Positions 48,374 through 60,325 of a stretch of DNA of 64,000 nucleotides are shown here, in pieces. The stretch is from positions 2,400,001 through 2,464,000 of the forward strand of contig OZ242195.1 in NCBI GenBank assembly GCA_965205975.1, given 5' to 3'. The notes below the pieces were generated by a model, which saw nothing but the letters and a program-made list of their open reading frames with translations, did not search any database and had not been told where the DNA came from. This DNA comes from Candidatus Latescibacterota bacterium. Its GTDB lineage: Bacteria; Latescibacterota; UBA2968. Both the position numbers and the translations under genes were made by a program. Position 1 is the first letter of the stretch. Each line of letters opens with the position of its first letter.

Positions 48374-49963
48374 ATGAGTGATAGACCGAATATTCTGTGG
48401 TTATCCTTAGAAGACACAAGCCCGCGATTTGGGTGTTATGGCGATAAAGTAGCGCGTACGCCAAATCTCGACAAACTGGCGTCCGAGGGATGCCGGTATC
48501 CCAATGCATTTTCAACGGCAGGCGTATGCGCGCCGAGTCGCTCAGCAATTATCACGGGCATGTATCAAACGGCCATTGGCTCGCAGCACATGCGCACGCG
48601 CCACACCAATGCACACGCGCCGCAAATGCCCACGCCCTACGACGCAGTACCGCCGCATTATGTCAAATGTTTTCCAGAATATTTGCGGATGGCCGGGTAT
48701 TACTGTACAAACAACACAAAAACCGATTATCAGTTTGCCCCGCCAATTACTGCATGGGATGAATTGAGCGCAGACGCGCACTGGCGCAATCGCCCAGATG
48801 GCGCGCCCTTTTTTGCGGTATTTAATCGCACCGTAACGCACGAAAGCGGCATGTGGCCAGAGAAACGCCCAGAAGTAGAAACCGATCTAGACTCTGTCAC
48901 ACTACCGCCTTATATCCCCAACACACCCAAAGCGCGGCTGGCATTGGCGCGGCATTACGACAACATCGCCGACAACGATGCGTGGGTTGGTGAGATGTTG
49001 CAACAATTGGAAGACGATGGATTGGCAGACAACACCATTGTATTTATCTGGAGCGACCACGGCGAAGGACTGCCTCGAGCCAAACGCTGGCCCTATGATG
49101 CGGGCATTCGCATACCGTGCATCGTGCGCTGGCCGGGTGAATTGGAACCCGGCAGCGTCAATGAGCGATTGGTCAGCATGATCGATCTGGGTCCGACCGT
49201 ACTATCACTCGCCAGCGTACAAATCCCAGCCCATCTCCAGGGCCAACCCTTTGTGGGACCACAGGAAAAAGACCGGGATTATATATTTGCAACGCGGGAT
49301 CGTTACGACGAATCTTATGACATGATGCGCGCCGTGAGGGATACGCGATTCAAATACATACGAAACTACATGACGGAAAACCCGTATTTATTGTGGATCC
49401 CCTATCGCAATCGGCATCCCGCATTGCAGGAAATGTGGAGACTTCACCTCGCGGGCGAATTGGAAGGTGTACAAAATATAATGTTTCAAAAACGCCCCGT
49501 AGAAGAACTATACGACACGGAGAACGATCCATTTGAAACAAACAATCTCGCGGACGATCCCGCACACGCCGAAACATTGAATCGCTTGCGCGAGGCACTG
49601 GACGACTGGCGCGAAAAATACGACGTATGGGGCGATGTGCCCGAAGATCAGATGGTATTTCGCATGTGGCAGGGCACAGAGCAGCCACAGACCGAATTGC
49701 CGGTTTTTGTGCCAATATGTGAAGAAAGCCCCGGCCGAGAAGCTGCGCCCGAAGGCGGAACCTTCAAGGGACCGATAATCGTACAATTTTACTGTGGCAC
49801 CCAGGGCGCGTCAATGGCGTATCAACTCGCAGGCGATGAACACTGGCGATTGTACACCGGTCCCATTCCTCTGCCAAAAGGCGAGACCACCATTCGCGCC
49901 AAAGCTATTCGAATAGGATACAAAGAGAGTGAAGAAGTTGAAGCGACATTTATCGTAACCTGA
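48374..49963 (+). CDS. Formylglycine-dependent sulfatase with C-terminal FN3-like domain
   Basis: RPNILW, CAPSRSAIITG, SDHG, EELYD..DP.E..NLA; C-terminal W.LYTGPI...IRAKA.RIGY. Confidence 0.93.
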   Translation: MSDRPNILWLSLEDTSPRFGCYGDKVARTPNLDKLASEGCRYPNAFSTAGVCAPSRSAIITGMYQTAIGSQHMRTRHTNAHAPQMPTPYDAVPPHYVKCFPEYLRMAGYYCTNNTKTDYQFAPPITAWDELSADAHWRNRPDGAPFFAVFNRTVTHESGMWPEKRPEVETDLDSVTLPPYIPNTPKARLALARHYDNIADNDAWVGEMLQQLEDDGLADNTIVFIWSDHGEGLPRAKRWPYDAGIRIPCIVRWPGELEPGSVNERLVSMIDLGPTVLSLASVQIPAHLQGQPFVGPQEKDRDYIFATRDRYDESYDMMRAVRDTRFKYIRNYMTENPYLLWIPYRNRHPALQEMWRLHLAGELEGVQNIMFQKRPVEELYDTENDPFETNNLADDPAHAETLNRLREALDDWREKYDVWGDVPEDQMVFRMWQGTEQPQTELPVFVPICEESPGREAAPEGGTFKGPIIVQFYCGTQGASMAYQLAGDEHWRLYTGPIPLPKGETTIRAKAIRIGYKESEEVEATFIVT

Positions 49964-50016
49964 CCGTGAAGGGAGGGCTTGATGGCAGACGAAAAACATG
50001 AAACAGGAGGTACATA

Positions 50017-50754
50017 GTGCGCAGGATGCAAATACTGAATAACAGCATTTCAGCACATGCTTTACTGCTCTTATTGGTGGGAGTGGCGGTGATCTCTACA
50101 TCGCATGCACAAGACCTCATGGAGCGATTGCGAGAACGTATGGTAAGGACACAGATTGAAAATCGAGGAATTAAAGCCCCCGCTGTCCTGGAAGCAATGC
50201 GGAAAGTGGAACGCCACCAGTTTGTGCCCGAGTCTTATGCTTCACGGGCATACGGCGATCATCCATTACCCATCGGCGAGGGACAGACCATTTCTCAACC
50301 GTATATTGTCGCACTAATGACCGAAGTGTTGAACTTGAAGGAATCGGATAAAGTGCTGGAAATCGGAACGGGTTCGGGGTATCAGGCGGCGATTCTGGGC
50401 GAGTTGTGCGACAGCATCTACACCATAGAAATTGTAGAAGTGCTGGGCAAACGCGCCGCAAACTTGCTCAACACATTGGGGTATGAGAACATCAAAGTGA
50501 AAGTTGGCGATGGGTACAAAGGATGGCCAGAACACGCGCCTTTTGATGCGATTATCGTGACGTGTTCACCAACGCAAGTTCCCCAACCCCTTCAAGATCA
50601 ACTCGCCGAAGGTGGACGCATGGTAATCCCGGTCGGAAGACGCGACGCACAAGAACTCGTACTATTGACCAAGCAGGAAGGCAAATTGCAACAAAATCAC
50701 ATTATACCTGTCAGATTCGTGCCAATGGTGGATTCCACCGGCGCGACGTATTAG
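50017..50754 (+). CDS. pcm: Protein-L-isoaspartate O-methyltransferase with N-terminal signal-like peptide
   Basis: GQTISQPYIVA, VLEIGTGSGYQAA, GDGYKGWPEHAPFDAI, VRFVPM. GGAGG SD before GTG. Confidence 0.95.
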   Translation: MRRMQILNNSISAHALLLLLVGVAVISTSHAQDLMERLRERMVRTQIENRGIKAPAVLEAMRKVERHQFVPESYASRAYGDHPLPIGEGQTISQPYIVALMTEVLNLKESDKVLEIGTGSGYQAAILGELCDSIYTIEIVEVLGKRAANLLNTLGYENIKVKVGDGYKGWPEHAPFDAIIVTCSPTQVPQPLQDQLAEGGRMVIPVGRRDAQELVLLTKQEGKLQQNHIIPVRFVPMVDSTGATY

Positions 50755-50756
50755 CC

Positions 50757-51602
50757 TCACCTATCAATCCACTTATACGCAGCTTTTGAATTTTTCCAGA
50801 AGAACTTCTCCATCGCCTCCGGTCCCTTGGTCTCAATATAATGGGTGACAATACTGAGCACCGTCTCATAGGGCGCTGCGCGTTCGCACACGAGCCAATT
50901 GCTGCCATAGACCAGGCGGTCTTCACCAAAAGCATGCCATAACACATCGAGCGTAGGCACATAATAAGCCGGATCGTCGGGGGCGGGTTGTTGTGCTGCG
51001 CGTTCAACCATGCCAGACACCTTGCAATACACATTGGAGTATTTAGCAATGACTTGGATACCCTGAACCCATTCGGGATCGGGCGCTTCACCCGTCACTT
51101 CCACATGTGCAACATGGTCAATAACAATGCGCAGACTGGGAATTTGCTCGGCAATAACAGCATTGATGGGCAACTGTTTGCTATTCGTCATCAAATCGAG
51201 TTGCAAATCGCGGTCAGCCAATTTTTGGAGTTGTGGCATAAGAGCATCTTGATCTTCCAAACTACCCCTCTGAAGTCCCAGACGAATCCCCCGATAGAGC
51301 GGATTGGCTGAAAAGCGGTCGAGATTCTTCTCAAAATCTTCGGTCTGGGGATCCAGACGCCCCACAAACCCGACAATACAGGGATTGTCTGCTGCGAGAT
51401 CCAGGATCCACTGATTGTCTTCAACGAGCTTGCTGGCTTCAACCACAACCGTACCCCTCACCCCCATCTTTTCGGTGCGTTCAACAAAGTGTTGCGGCAA
51501 AATGGGGCGATAGAGCAATTCATTGTCTTCGGGCGGCCAGGGAACGCCACCGGGTCGGGTTGTATCGTAAAAATGAACATGCGTATCAATGATCATGGAC
51601 AT
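50757..51602 (-). CDS. Amidohydrolase_2 family protein (sugar-lactonase-like)
   Basis: IDTHVHFYD, VIDH, CKVSG, FGEDRLVYGSNW. Confidence 0.88.
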   Translation of the reverse strand: MSMIIDTHVHFYDTTRPGGVPWPPEDNELLYRPILPQHFVERTEKMGVRGTVVVEASKLVEDNQWILDLAADNPCIVGFVGRLDPQTEDFEKNLDRFSANPLYRGIRLGLQRGSLEDQDALMPQLQKLADRDLQLDLMTNSKQLPINAVIAEQIPSLRIVIDHVAHVEVTGEAPDPEWVQGIQVIAKYSNVYCKVSGMVERAAQQPAPDDPAYYVPTLDVLWHAFGEDRLVYGSNWLVCERAAPYETVLSIVTHYIETKGPEAMEKFFWKNSKAAYKWIDR

Positions 51603-51619
51603 ATCCTTTCCGATCGAGA

Positions 51620-52492
51620 TTATTTAATTCCCGCCATTTTTCTCAGCACATCGACAATGGCAGAATTGTCCTGTTCTGCAAGACCGAGCGCAACGCCCGT
51701 GCGCAAAAGTTGGGCGTGAAGCCCGGTTACGGGCAAAGGCGTTTCCGTGCGCGCGCCGAGATCGAGGATGAGTTCCACATCTTTTAAGTGCTGATCCAAT
51801 GCGGCCTGAGTGGTAAAATCTCCGGTGATCATTTTTTCGCCTTTAATATCCATCACGCGAGAATACGCGCCACCCATCTTAAAAACATCGAGCAAAACAT
51901 CGATATCCACCCCTGTTTTTTGCGCGAGAACAAGCCCCTCGGCCAGTACGAGACGGTTGAGACCGAGCACGAGATTGACAATGAGTTTGGCTTCCGCACC
52001 TTTGCCCGAAGGCCCCATGTGAAAGGTCCTGAGCGAGAAGGCTTCAAAAATATCTGTACACAGTTCAAAGACAGGTAAAGTACCGCCGACCATCACGAGA
52101 ACATCTGATTCGCGCACCTGCTTGCTGGATCCGAGAATAGTCGCATCGAGAAAGCGAATACTCCTGCTTTCAAGGCGTTTGGCAAGCGCAGTTGACATCT
52201 GCGGATCAGCTGTGGTAGTATCCACAATAATTGCGCCGGGAGATGCCGCAGACAAAACGCCCCTCGCACCTGTAACCACATCGTTGACAACATGGGAGTC
52301 GGGAAGCGAAAGAACGACGCGGCGCGCTTTATCGGCGACATCGGCTGGCGATTTGCAGGGCGAAAAACCATCGCCTTCATGTGCTTTTACTTTTTCGGGA
52401 TCAATATCATACCCCGCAATTTCTAAACCTTTGTCGCGAAAGCGTTCAACAAGTGCGGACCCGACGAGTCCAAGTCCGATAAGACCGAGCAT
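51620..52492 (-). CDS. NAD(P)-dependent beta-hydroxyacid dehydrogenase (3-hydroxyisobutyrate DH family)
   Basis: GLIGLGLVG, FLDATILGS, MVGG, KLIVN, KDV. CAGGAGG SD. Confidence 0.9.
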   Translation of the reverse strand: MLGLIGLGLVGSALVERFRDKGLEIAGYDIDPEKVKAHEGDGFSPCKSPADVADKARRVVLSLPDSHVVNDVVTGARGVLSAASPGAIIVDTTTADPQMSTALAKRLESRSIRFLDATILGSSKQVRESDVLVMVGGTLPVFELCTDIFEAFSLRTFHMGPSGKGAEAKLIVNLVLGLNRLVLAEGLVLAQKTGVDIDVLLDVFKMGGAYSRVMDIKGEKMITGDFTTQAALDQHLKDVELILDLGARTETPLPVTGLHAQLLRTGVALGLAEQDNSAIVDVLRKMAGIK

Positions 52493-52693
52493 GGGACCTC
52501 CTGAAAAAAATAGTAAACCGTCGCACACGGCTTAAGAATATATCAAATCTTAAAACAAATAGGATCAGTACTTACAAAAATACTGTACAATCAGATTCTT
52601 GCCAAATAAGAAAATAGTATTGAATCCCTGCGGGCATTGTTTATCTTAAGACCATAACAATATGTCCGAAAACACTCACAACAGGAGCTATAA

Positions 52694-53446
52694 ATGAGTC
52701 TGGAACCCATTCAAACACCGGATATAGAACGCCCACCAAAAGCATTGATCGACGCGTTATCACATATTGGCAGCGCCACAGCCAGTGGAGAATTATTTAA
52801 GCTGGGCATTCGCAATGCCCAGATCTTGGGACCTCTCCCCCGAACGCCGGGCAAATCAATTTGCGGCCCGGCACTGACGCTGCAATTTATGCCCAAACGA
52901 GAAGATCTGCATTCATCGGGAGAATACCAGGGTCCAGAAAGACAACTGCATCGCCACGTGTTGTATCACACACAACCGGGCGATGTGGTCGTAGTCGATG
53001 CTCGGGGCGACTTGAGTAGTGGCGTTTTTGGCGAGATGATGCTAACCTATTTTTGCGGCCAGGGGGGGCAGGGTGCGATTGTCGATGGCTGTATTCGCGA
53101 TTTTCCCCACGCCAGGGAATTGAACCTCGGCTTATGGCTCAAAGGAACAACGCCCAATTTTCACGCACAAACCAACATCTTCCCCCACGCCGTGAATATC
53201 CCGATAGCGTGTGGTGATACACTTGTAATGCCCGGCGATATTATTATTGCCGACGACGATGGCGCCGTGGTAGTGCCAATTAAACTCGCGCCTGAATTGG
53301 CAGAAAAAGCGACCGAACACGCCGAATGGGAAGTTTTCAGCCGAATGAAACTCGCCGAAGGCGGCGACCTGCGGAAATATTATCCACTCACAGATGAAGC
53401 GCGTATTGAATATGAAGCGTGGCAAAAGGAACAAGGCGAGACATAA
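52694..53446 (+). CDS. RraA-like / HMG aldolase family protein
   Basis: GDVVVVDARG, GVFGEMM, VDGCIRD, VMPGDIIIADDDGAVVVP. Confidence 0.88.
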   Translation: MSLEPIQTPDIERPPKALIDALSHIGSATASGELFKLGIRNAQILGPLPRTPGKSICGPALTLQFMPKREDLHSSGEYQGPERQLHRHVLYHTQPGDVVVVDARGDLSSGVFGEMMLTYFCGQGGQGAIVDGCIRDFPHARELNLGLWLKGTTPNFHAQTNIFPHAVNIPIACGDTLVMPGDIIIADDDGAVVVPIKLAPELAEKATEHAEWEVFSRMKLAEGGDLRKYYPLTDEARIEYEAWQKEQGET

Positions 53447-53481
53447 AACGCAAGCGGTCAGACTTTGCCTGGTGTGAAGCT

Positions 53482-54420
53482 TTACGCCTGCGCGTGTCTG
53501 GCCGCGCCTAAAATCCCCGCATCATCGCCCAGTTCAGCGGAAACAATCTGCACATGTTCTTTTACACCAACAGTACCGCGATCCCAAAAAGTTCGCATCG
53601 CCGGCTCAAAAACCCAATCGCCCGCCTGCGCCAATCCGCCCGTTAGCGCAACGCGATCCACATTTAAAATATTTACCAGACTCACCAACCCCACACCGAG
53701 GAAAAACCCCGTTTCTTCAAACATCTGCATCGCAAAATCATCACTTGCCTCTGCCGCTTGAAAAATAACCTGTGTGGTCAACCCCTCAGCTTTCAGAGAT
53801 GTCTCCGGTTTTTCCCCTTCAAGTCTTTCCAGCGTGCGGCGCACCATGGCCGTCGCCGATGCATACATCTCCAAACATCCAAAATTGCCACACGGACAGC
53901 GCGGCCCATTGTGATCCACTGTAATATGCCCCACCTCGGCCGCATTGCCATTAAACCCGTGCATAACTCGCCCCTCGCTGATCCACCCACCGCCAACCCC
54001 TGTCCCCAGGGTCACGCACAAAAAGTGATCAACACCTCGACCAGCTCCCAGCCATTGCTCGCCATAAGCCGCTAAATTTGCATCATTATCCACCACCACG
54101 CCCAGACCGAGCAATGCCTCCAGGCGATCCTTTAACCGCACACCGTGCATACACTGCAAATTCTCGGGCGATATAATCACACCATCAAACGGATCTAATG
54201 GACCTGGCGCACCAACCCCTACACCCTGTACTTCTCCCAGTGAAATCCCGCCATCCCGCGCAGCCGCACGCGCACATTCGGCAATACCATTTATCACACC
54301 CTCAGCACCCAGATGCAATCGCGTCGGTCCCCGCGCCCTGCCCACAATCTCACCCGACGTTGTCACAAGCCCCGCACGCGTATTGGTGCCCCCTAAATCT
54401 ATGCCAATCGTCAAACTCAT
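53482..54420 (-). CDS. ROK family sugar kinase (glucokinase-like)
   Basis: GIDLGGT, NDAN, TLGTGVGGG, EVGH, CPCG..GCLE. Confidence 0.93.
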   Translation of the reverse strand: MSLTIGIDLGGTNTRAGLVTTSGEIVGRARGPTRLHLGAEGVINGIAECARAAARDGGISLGEVQGVGVGAPGPLDPFDGVIISPENLQCMHGVRLKDRLEALLGLGVVVDNDANLAAYGEQWLGAGRGVDHFLCVTLGTGVGGGWISEGRVMHGFNGNAAEVGHITVDHNGPRCPCGNFGCLEMYASATAMVRRTLERLEGEKPETSLKAEGLTTQVIFQAAEASDDFAMQMFEETGFFLGVGLVSLVNILNVDRVALTGGLAQAGDWVFEPAMRTFWDRGTVGVKEHVQIVSAELGDDAGILGAARHAQA

Positions 54421-55058
54421 TTTTTCACTCGCGCCTGCGCCACAGCATCGACGAAAGATTTTGCCGTTGCCGTCAAAGATGCCCAGTCTTTATTATCCAC
54501 AGCCGCCTTATCGACCATCGCGCTGCCAGCCCCCACAGCCACCGCGCCATTCTTGATAAACTCGGGCGTTGTATTGGCATCCACCCCACCCGTGGGCATG
54601 AGCTTCACCTGCGGCAAAGGACCCAGAATATCCTTAAAATAAGACGGTCCTCCCACGCCAGCGGGAAACACCTTGACCACATCGGCTCCTGCTTGCCATG
54701 CCGTCAAAATTTCTGTGGGCGTAAACCCGGCGGGCATCACGGCCTTGCCATACCGCTTGCTCATCTCGATCACCGCCGTATTCAAAATGGGACTCACCAC
54801 ATATTCTGCGCCGGATAGAATCGCTGCCCGCGCCGTCTCTGGATCGAGCACAGACCCCACCCCAATAATCGTATCTTCCATCTTTGCCGACGCTTCTTCA
54901 ATCACCTTCAGCGCTCCCGGCACCGTCATCGTCACCTCAATCGCCACCACACCGCCTTCGCGCAACGCTTTTGACACATCCATCAACTGCGACGGATTAT
55001 CTGCCCGCAACACGGCAACCACACCGCAGTCAATAATGCGACCTACAGTACTTGACAT
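54417..55058 (-). CDS. eda: KDPG/KHG aldolase
   Basis: VAVLR, IEVT, GVGSV, TPTEI, KVFPA, PTGGV. Confidence 0.93.
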   Translation of the reverse strand: MSSTVGRIIDCGVVAVLRADNPSQLMDVSKALREGGVVAIEVTMTVPGALKVIEEASAKMEDTIIGVGSVLDPETARAAILSGAEYVVSPILNTAVIEMSKRYGKAVMPAGFTPTEILTAWQAGADVVKVFPAGVGGPSYFKDILGPLPQVKLMPTGGVDANTTPEFIKNGAVAVGAGSAMVDKAAVDNKDWASLTATAKSFVDAVAQARVKK

Positions 55059-55132
55059 TTTTCCTCCCCAAAATTAAACCTCTCTCCAAAATAGAGAGAG
55101 GCGTTATGTTATTGGCACATCCATCTCGGATT

Positions 55133-56176
55133 CTATCGTCTAATCCGCGCGCTCTCACCCTTCATCGCACTCTCGGCTTCCGATCGCGTAGCCCAGTTCA
55201 CATCTCCGGGGAACGTATGTGCCAGAGCCGAATAAGCCCCTGCGAAATCCACGATATCCTGAGCTGGCTTGTCCTCGAGTACCCCAGCAATAATACCCGC
55301 TGAAAAATTATCGCCACCCCCTACGCGATCCACCATCTCCAAATTTTCATAAATGCGCGAAAAATAAAACTCACTGCCATCGTAAAGCAGCGTGCGCCAG
55401 TCATTTAGCAATCCGGTCTTCGCTACGCGCAGAGTCGTGCCCACAAGCGTCACATTGGGGTATTGCGATACGGCCTTGCGCGCGACATCTTTATAGCTCT
55501 CCGGATCCAGCGCATCGTAATCACCCGACGTGCCTTCGGCTTTAAGCCCCATCGTCTTTTCAAAATCCTCTTCATTGCCGATAAGCACCTGCACATGCGG
55601 AATACACTTTGCAATCGTCTCCTGCGCTTGTTCTTCACGCCACAATTTAGATCTGAAATTGAGATCAAAACTCGTGGTCACGCCTGCATCGCGGGCTGCT
55701 ACCAGCGCTTCTACCGTGGTCTCTGCCGCACCTTCGGACAACGCGGGTGTAATCCCACTGACGTGAAACCACTTGCTCCCTTCAAAAATAGATGCCCAAT
55801 CCACCATCCCGGGTTTGATATTCATAATCGCGGTATGACCTCTGTCATACGTCACGGCACTCGCTCGCGGTCCCACACCCACTTCCATGTGATAAAATCC
55901 ATTGCGCTCAAGCCCCACACCATCAAAATCCGTCCACAAAATATTGGACATATCCACCCCGTGCTCGCGCCCTTTGTTGCGAATAATCCAACCCGTCCAA
56001 TTATCGACCAAACGGGACACCCACGCCGCCTTCAAACCCAAATGCGCGCAACCGACCGCGACATTGTATTCCCCCCCACCGATCTCGACATCGAGTTTAC
56101 TCGCATTCTCCAATCGGCGGTATTCTGGCGAAGACAACCGAATCATCGCCTCGCCAAAAGTCACGACATCGTACAT
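55133..56176 (-). CDS. kdgK: 2-keto-3-deoxygluconate kinase (PfkB family)
   Basis: TFGEAMIRL, GGGEYNVA, SGITPAL, DLNFRSKLW, DRVGGGDNF; adjacent to eda. Confidence 0.88.
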   Translation of the reverse strand: MYDVVTFGEAMIRLSSPEYRRLENASKLDVEIGGGEYNVAVGCAHLGLKAAWVSRLVDNWTGWIIRNKGREHGVDMSNILWTDFDGVGLERNGFYHMEVGVGPRASAVTYDRGHTAIMNIKPGMVDWASIFEGSKWFHVSGITPALSEGAAETTVEALVAARDAGVTTSFDLNFRSKLWREEQAQETIAKCIPHVQVLIGNEEDFEKTMGLKAEGTSGDYDALDPESYKDVARKAVSQYPNVTLVGTTLRVAKTGLLNDWRTLLYDGSEFYFSRIYENLEMVDRVGGGDNFSAGIIAGVLEDKPAQDIVDFAGAYSALAHTFPGDVNWATRSEAESAMKGESARIRR

Positions 56177-56204
56177 ATAGTCCTCCCTAAAAATTAGCAG
56201 TCAG

Positions 56205-56885
56205 CTACTCATCCGAGCCACCCAGAAAGCCAGCCATCCACAACAGGCGCAACAACTCCAAAATTGCCACCAGTGCCGATGCAACATAAGTCAGCGCAGC
56301 AGCATTCAAAACTTTGCGCGAAGCGGGAATCTCCTCAGGTGTCAAATAGCCCCCATCGGCCAAAATCTGAATAGCCCGACTACTCGCATTAAACTCAACC
56401 GGCAGAGTAACAATACTGAAGATCACAGCCGCAGAAAAGAACACAATGCCCAAAAAAATGAGCTCAAACCAGCTAAAAAGAAACCCGGCAATAAGAAAAA
56501 CCCACGCCATCTTTGACCCAATATTTGCAACTGGAACCAGACTCGTCCGCAGAGACAGGGGCACATATCCCTGTGCGTGTTGAAACGCATGCCCGGCTTC
56601 GTGAGCAGCCACACCAATCGCAGCTAAGGAGCGATTCCCGTACACACTTTCCGACAGACGCAACATGCGATCTCTCGGATCGTAGTGATCTGTCAAATGC
56701 CCCTGCACAGGCTCCACGCCCACGGGCAAACCGCCTTGACGCAAAATATCTCGCGCGACCTGATCTGCAGTCGCACCGCTTCTCGCAACAAACTCATCGT
56801 ATTTGCGAAACGTGCGCTTCACCTTAAATTGCGCCCACAGCGTAATAGCTATTCCCACAAACATCACCATCAGACCTTCCAGCAT
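56205..56885 (-). CDS. YugP-like membrane zinc metallopeptidase
   Basis: LTDHYDP, VAAHEAGHAFQH, TLPVEFNASSRA, LNAAALTYVA. Start after GGAGG SD. Confidence 0.92.
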   Translation of the reverse strand: MLEGLMVMFVGIAITLWAQFKVKRTFRKYDEFVARSGATADQVARDILRQGGLPVGVEPVQGHLTDHYDPRDRMLRLSESVYGNRSLAAIGVAAHEAGHAFQHAQGYVPLSLRTSLVPVANIGSKMAWVFLIAGFLFSWFELIFLGIVFFSAAVIFSIVTLPVEFNASSRAIQILADGGYLTPEEIPASRKVLNAAALTYVASALVAILELLRLLWMAGFLGGSDE

Positions 56886-56934
56886 GACCATCACCTCCTG
56901 AAACAGTTGTCGGCCCATGACCCCGATGTGATTC

Positions 56935-57714
56935 CTAATCGGATTTCGTCGCATCTCTGTAACGGTTCTTCAAAGACGAATCGTTTTCTCTAAGAACACG
57001 AGGTTTAAGATCGGCAGGCTTATGATGATTTTGTCCTGAAGCCTCACCACTATGTTGAGTCTCAGACCTGCGGCTCTGAGAAGACTGCTGAGAGTTATCT
57101 TGTTGCTTTGTCATGTTGATCTCCTTGAGATTTGTTACGTGAACTCGATGGGTTTTCTCGCCTTGAGTCAATAGATAGTAAGGTACGGACGAAATCAAAA
57201 GTGCTACCAACCCACAGGTTATGGCGATTTTTGCTTTGTTGAGATAAGACAACTTCTCTTGATTGTTCTCAAAGTTCTTATGGGCTGACTCTTCGTACTG
57301 ATCCAGAAGATTCCTCTTGATGTCCACCTCTATAAGTTCTTGAATGTTCTCCCTATCATTGTGCTGGTAGTAATCTTCAAGTTGATGAACTTGTTCTCTC
57401 CATTCTAAGGGCGTGCTCAGGTAGTAGTAATCCCACTTGATGTATGCACGAAGCAGAAAGTATATAGCTATCACAATGGCGATGAGGAGGCTACCTGCGG
57501 CGATAACAAATATCGCACCAGCAAAACCAGGCAGACTCTGTGGAACCTTCTCCGCAAACAGGGCAACTACGCCAGCAAGAAGAGCCACTATGCCAGCAGG
57601 AAACGATAAGCTCGCATTGATTCTATCCTTGCGCTCAATCTCCATCTCGTATGTGTGCTGTGCAAAATCGAATAGAGAGTCTTGCAATTCAGTATTTTCC
57701 TTTGTTCTATCCAC
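56935..57714 (-). CDS. Hypothetical 3-TM membrane protein
   Basis: GTG start just after the fmt stop; two N-terminal TMs, charged loop, third TM, polar tail; AT-richer than its neighbours. Confidence 0.7.
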   Translation of the reverse strand: MDRTKENTELQDSLFDFAQHTYEMEIERKDRINASLSFPAGIVALLAGVVALFAEKVPQSLPGFAGAIFVIAAGSLLIAIVIAIYFLLRAYIKWDYYYLSTPLEWREQVHQLEDYYQHNDRENIQELIEVDIKRNLLDQYEESAHKNFENNQEKLSYLNKAKIAITCGLVALLISSVPYYLLTQGEKTHRVHVTNLKEINMTKQQDNSQQSSQSRRSETQHSGEASGQNHHKPADLKPRVLRENDSSLKNRYRDATKSD

Positions 57715-57718
57715 TGCC

Positions 57719-58648
57719 CTACCCCAATCTCTCCCCAACCGCAATGCGATATCCCCGCACAAAATCAGCACCAGACATCCGCTTTTTACCTGCCGGTTGC
57801 ACCTCGTCCAGCACGAGAACGCCTTCGCCCGTTCCCACAACAAGTCCGCGTTTGCCATCTGCACCAATCACAGTACCCGCTTCTCCCATCTCCGTCTCAA
57901 CCGTTGCCCGGTGAACCTTCAGTAATTTATTCTGCCAGAGTGTAAACGCTCCCGGAAAGGGATTGGTTCCCCGAATGAGATTGCGGATATCTCCAGCACC
58001 TTTTGACCAGTCAATCTCGCCATCTTCTTTCTCTAATTTTGGAGCGCGACTCACGCCCTCATCCGTCTGTGGCACGGGAATAACAGAACCATCTGCCAGG
58101 CCATCAATAGCCCGAATGAGCAACTCAGCACCCATCACCTTCAACCGCTCATACAGTTCGCCCGCCGTCTCATCGTCCCCAATCGCCACCTTTTGCTGAA
58201 TTAAAATATCGCCAGCATCCACGCGCGGCGACAATTGAAAAATAGTCACACCCGTCTCGGTCTCACCATTGATAATTGCCCATTGAATCGGTGCTGCCCC
58301 GCGGTATTTTGGCAATAGAGAGGGATGGACATTCACAGAACCCAATTTGGGAATTGCCAGTACAGAACGCGGCAAAATCAGAAAAGCCACCACTGCAAAT
58401 AAATCTGGTTCCAAAGCCTGCAACTGCGCGTAAAAATTCTCATCTCTAAGCGACTCGGGCTGCAAAACCGGCACATCCAACCCCAGCGACACAACCTCAG
58501 CCTTCACATCGGTTGGTTGCATCTGCTGCCCCCGACCGCGTGGCCTATCTGGCCGCGTCACCACGCCTACAAGATCATGACCGCTTTGAGCCACGCTCAC
58601 AAGCGACGGCACCGCAAAATCGGGCGTGCCCATAAACACTACCCTCAT
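57719..58648 (-). CDS. fmt: Methionyl-tRNA formyltransferase
   Basis: FMGTPDFA, PDRPRGRG, NVHPSLLPKYRGAAPIQ, DAGDI. Confidence 0.97.
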   Translation of the reverse strand: MRVVFMGTPDFAVPSLVSVAQSGHDLVGVVTRPDRPRGRGQQMQPTDVKAEVVSLGLDVPVLQPESLRDENFYAQLQALEPDLFAVVAFLILPRSVLAIPKLGSVNVHPSLLPKYRGAAPIQWAIINGETETGVTIFQLSPRVDAGDILIQQKVAIGDDETAGELYERLKVMGAELLIRAIDGLADGSVIPVPQTDEGVSRAPKLEKEDGEIDWSKGAGDIRNLIRGTNPFPGAFTLWQNKLLKVHRATVETEMGEAGTVIGADGKRGLVVGTGEGVLVLDEVQPAGKKRMSGADFVRGYRIAVGERLG

Positions 58649-58668
58649 CGCCAAATTTCACCTTTCTA

Positions 58669-60298
<1,630 letters not shown>

Positions 60299-60325
60299 TC
60301 AATATAACATCTCATCTCTCATGCG

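Noticed and set aside
55463..56197. Long antisense or alternate-frame ORFs (also 393-1055, 47052-47684, 54198-54818)
   Set aside because: They shadow well-supported genes and show no recognisable motifs.
57715..57867. Long overlap of the 310-aa ORF with fmt
   Set aside because: The extension lies within the fmt coding region; GTG 57714 just after the fmt stop is the more plausible start.
58649..58668. Absence of def between yajC and fmt
   Set aside because: def is often unlinked from fmt; there is no remnant and nothing further to test within the window.
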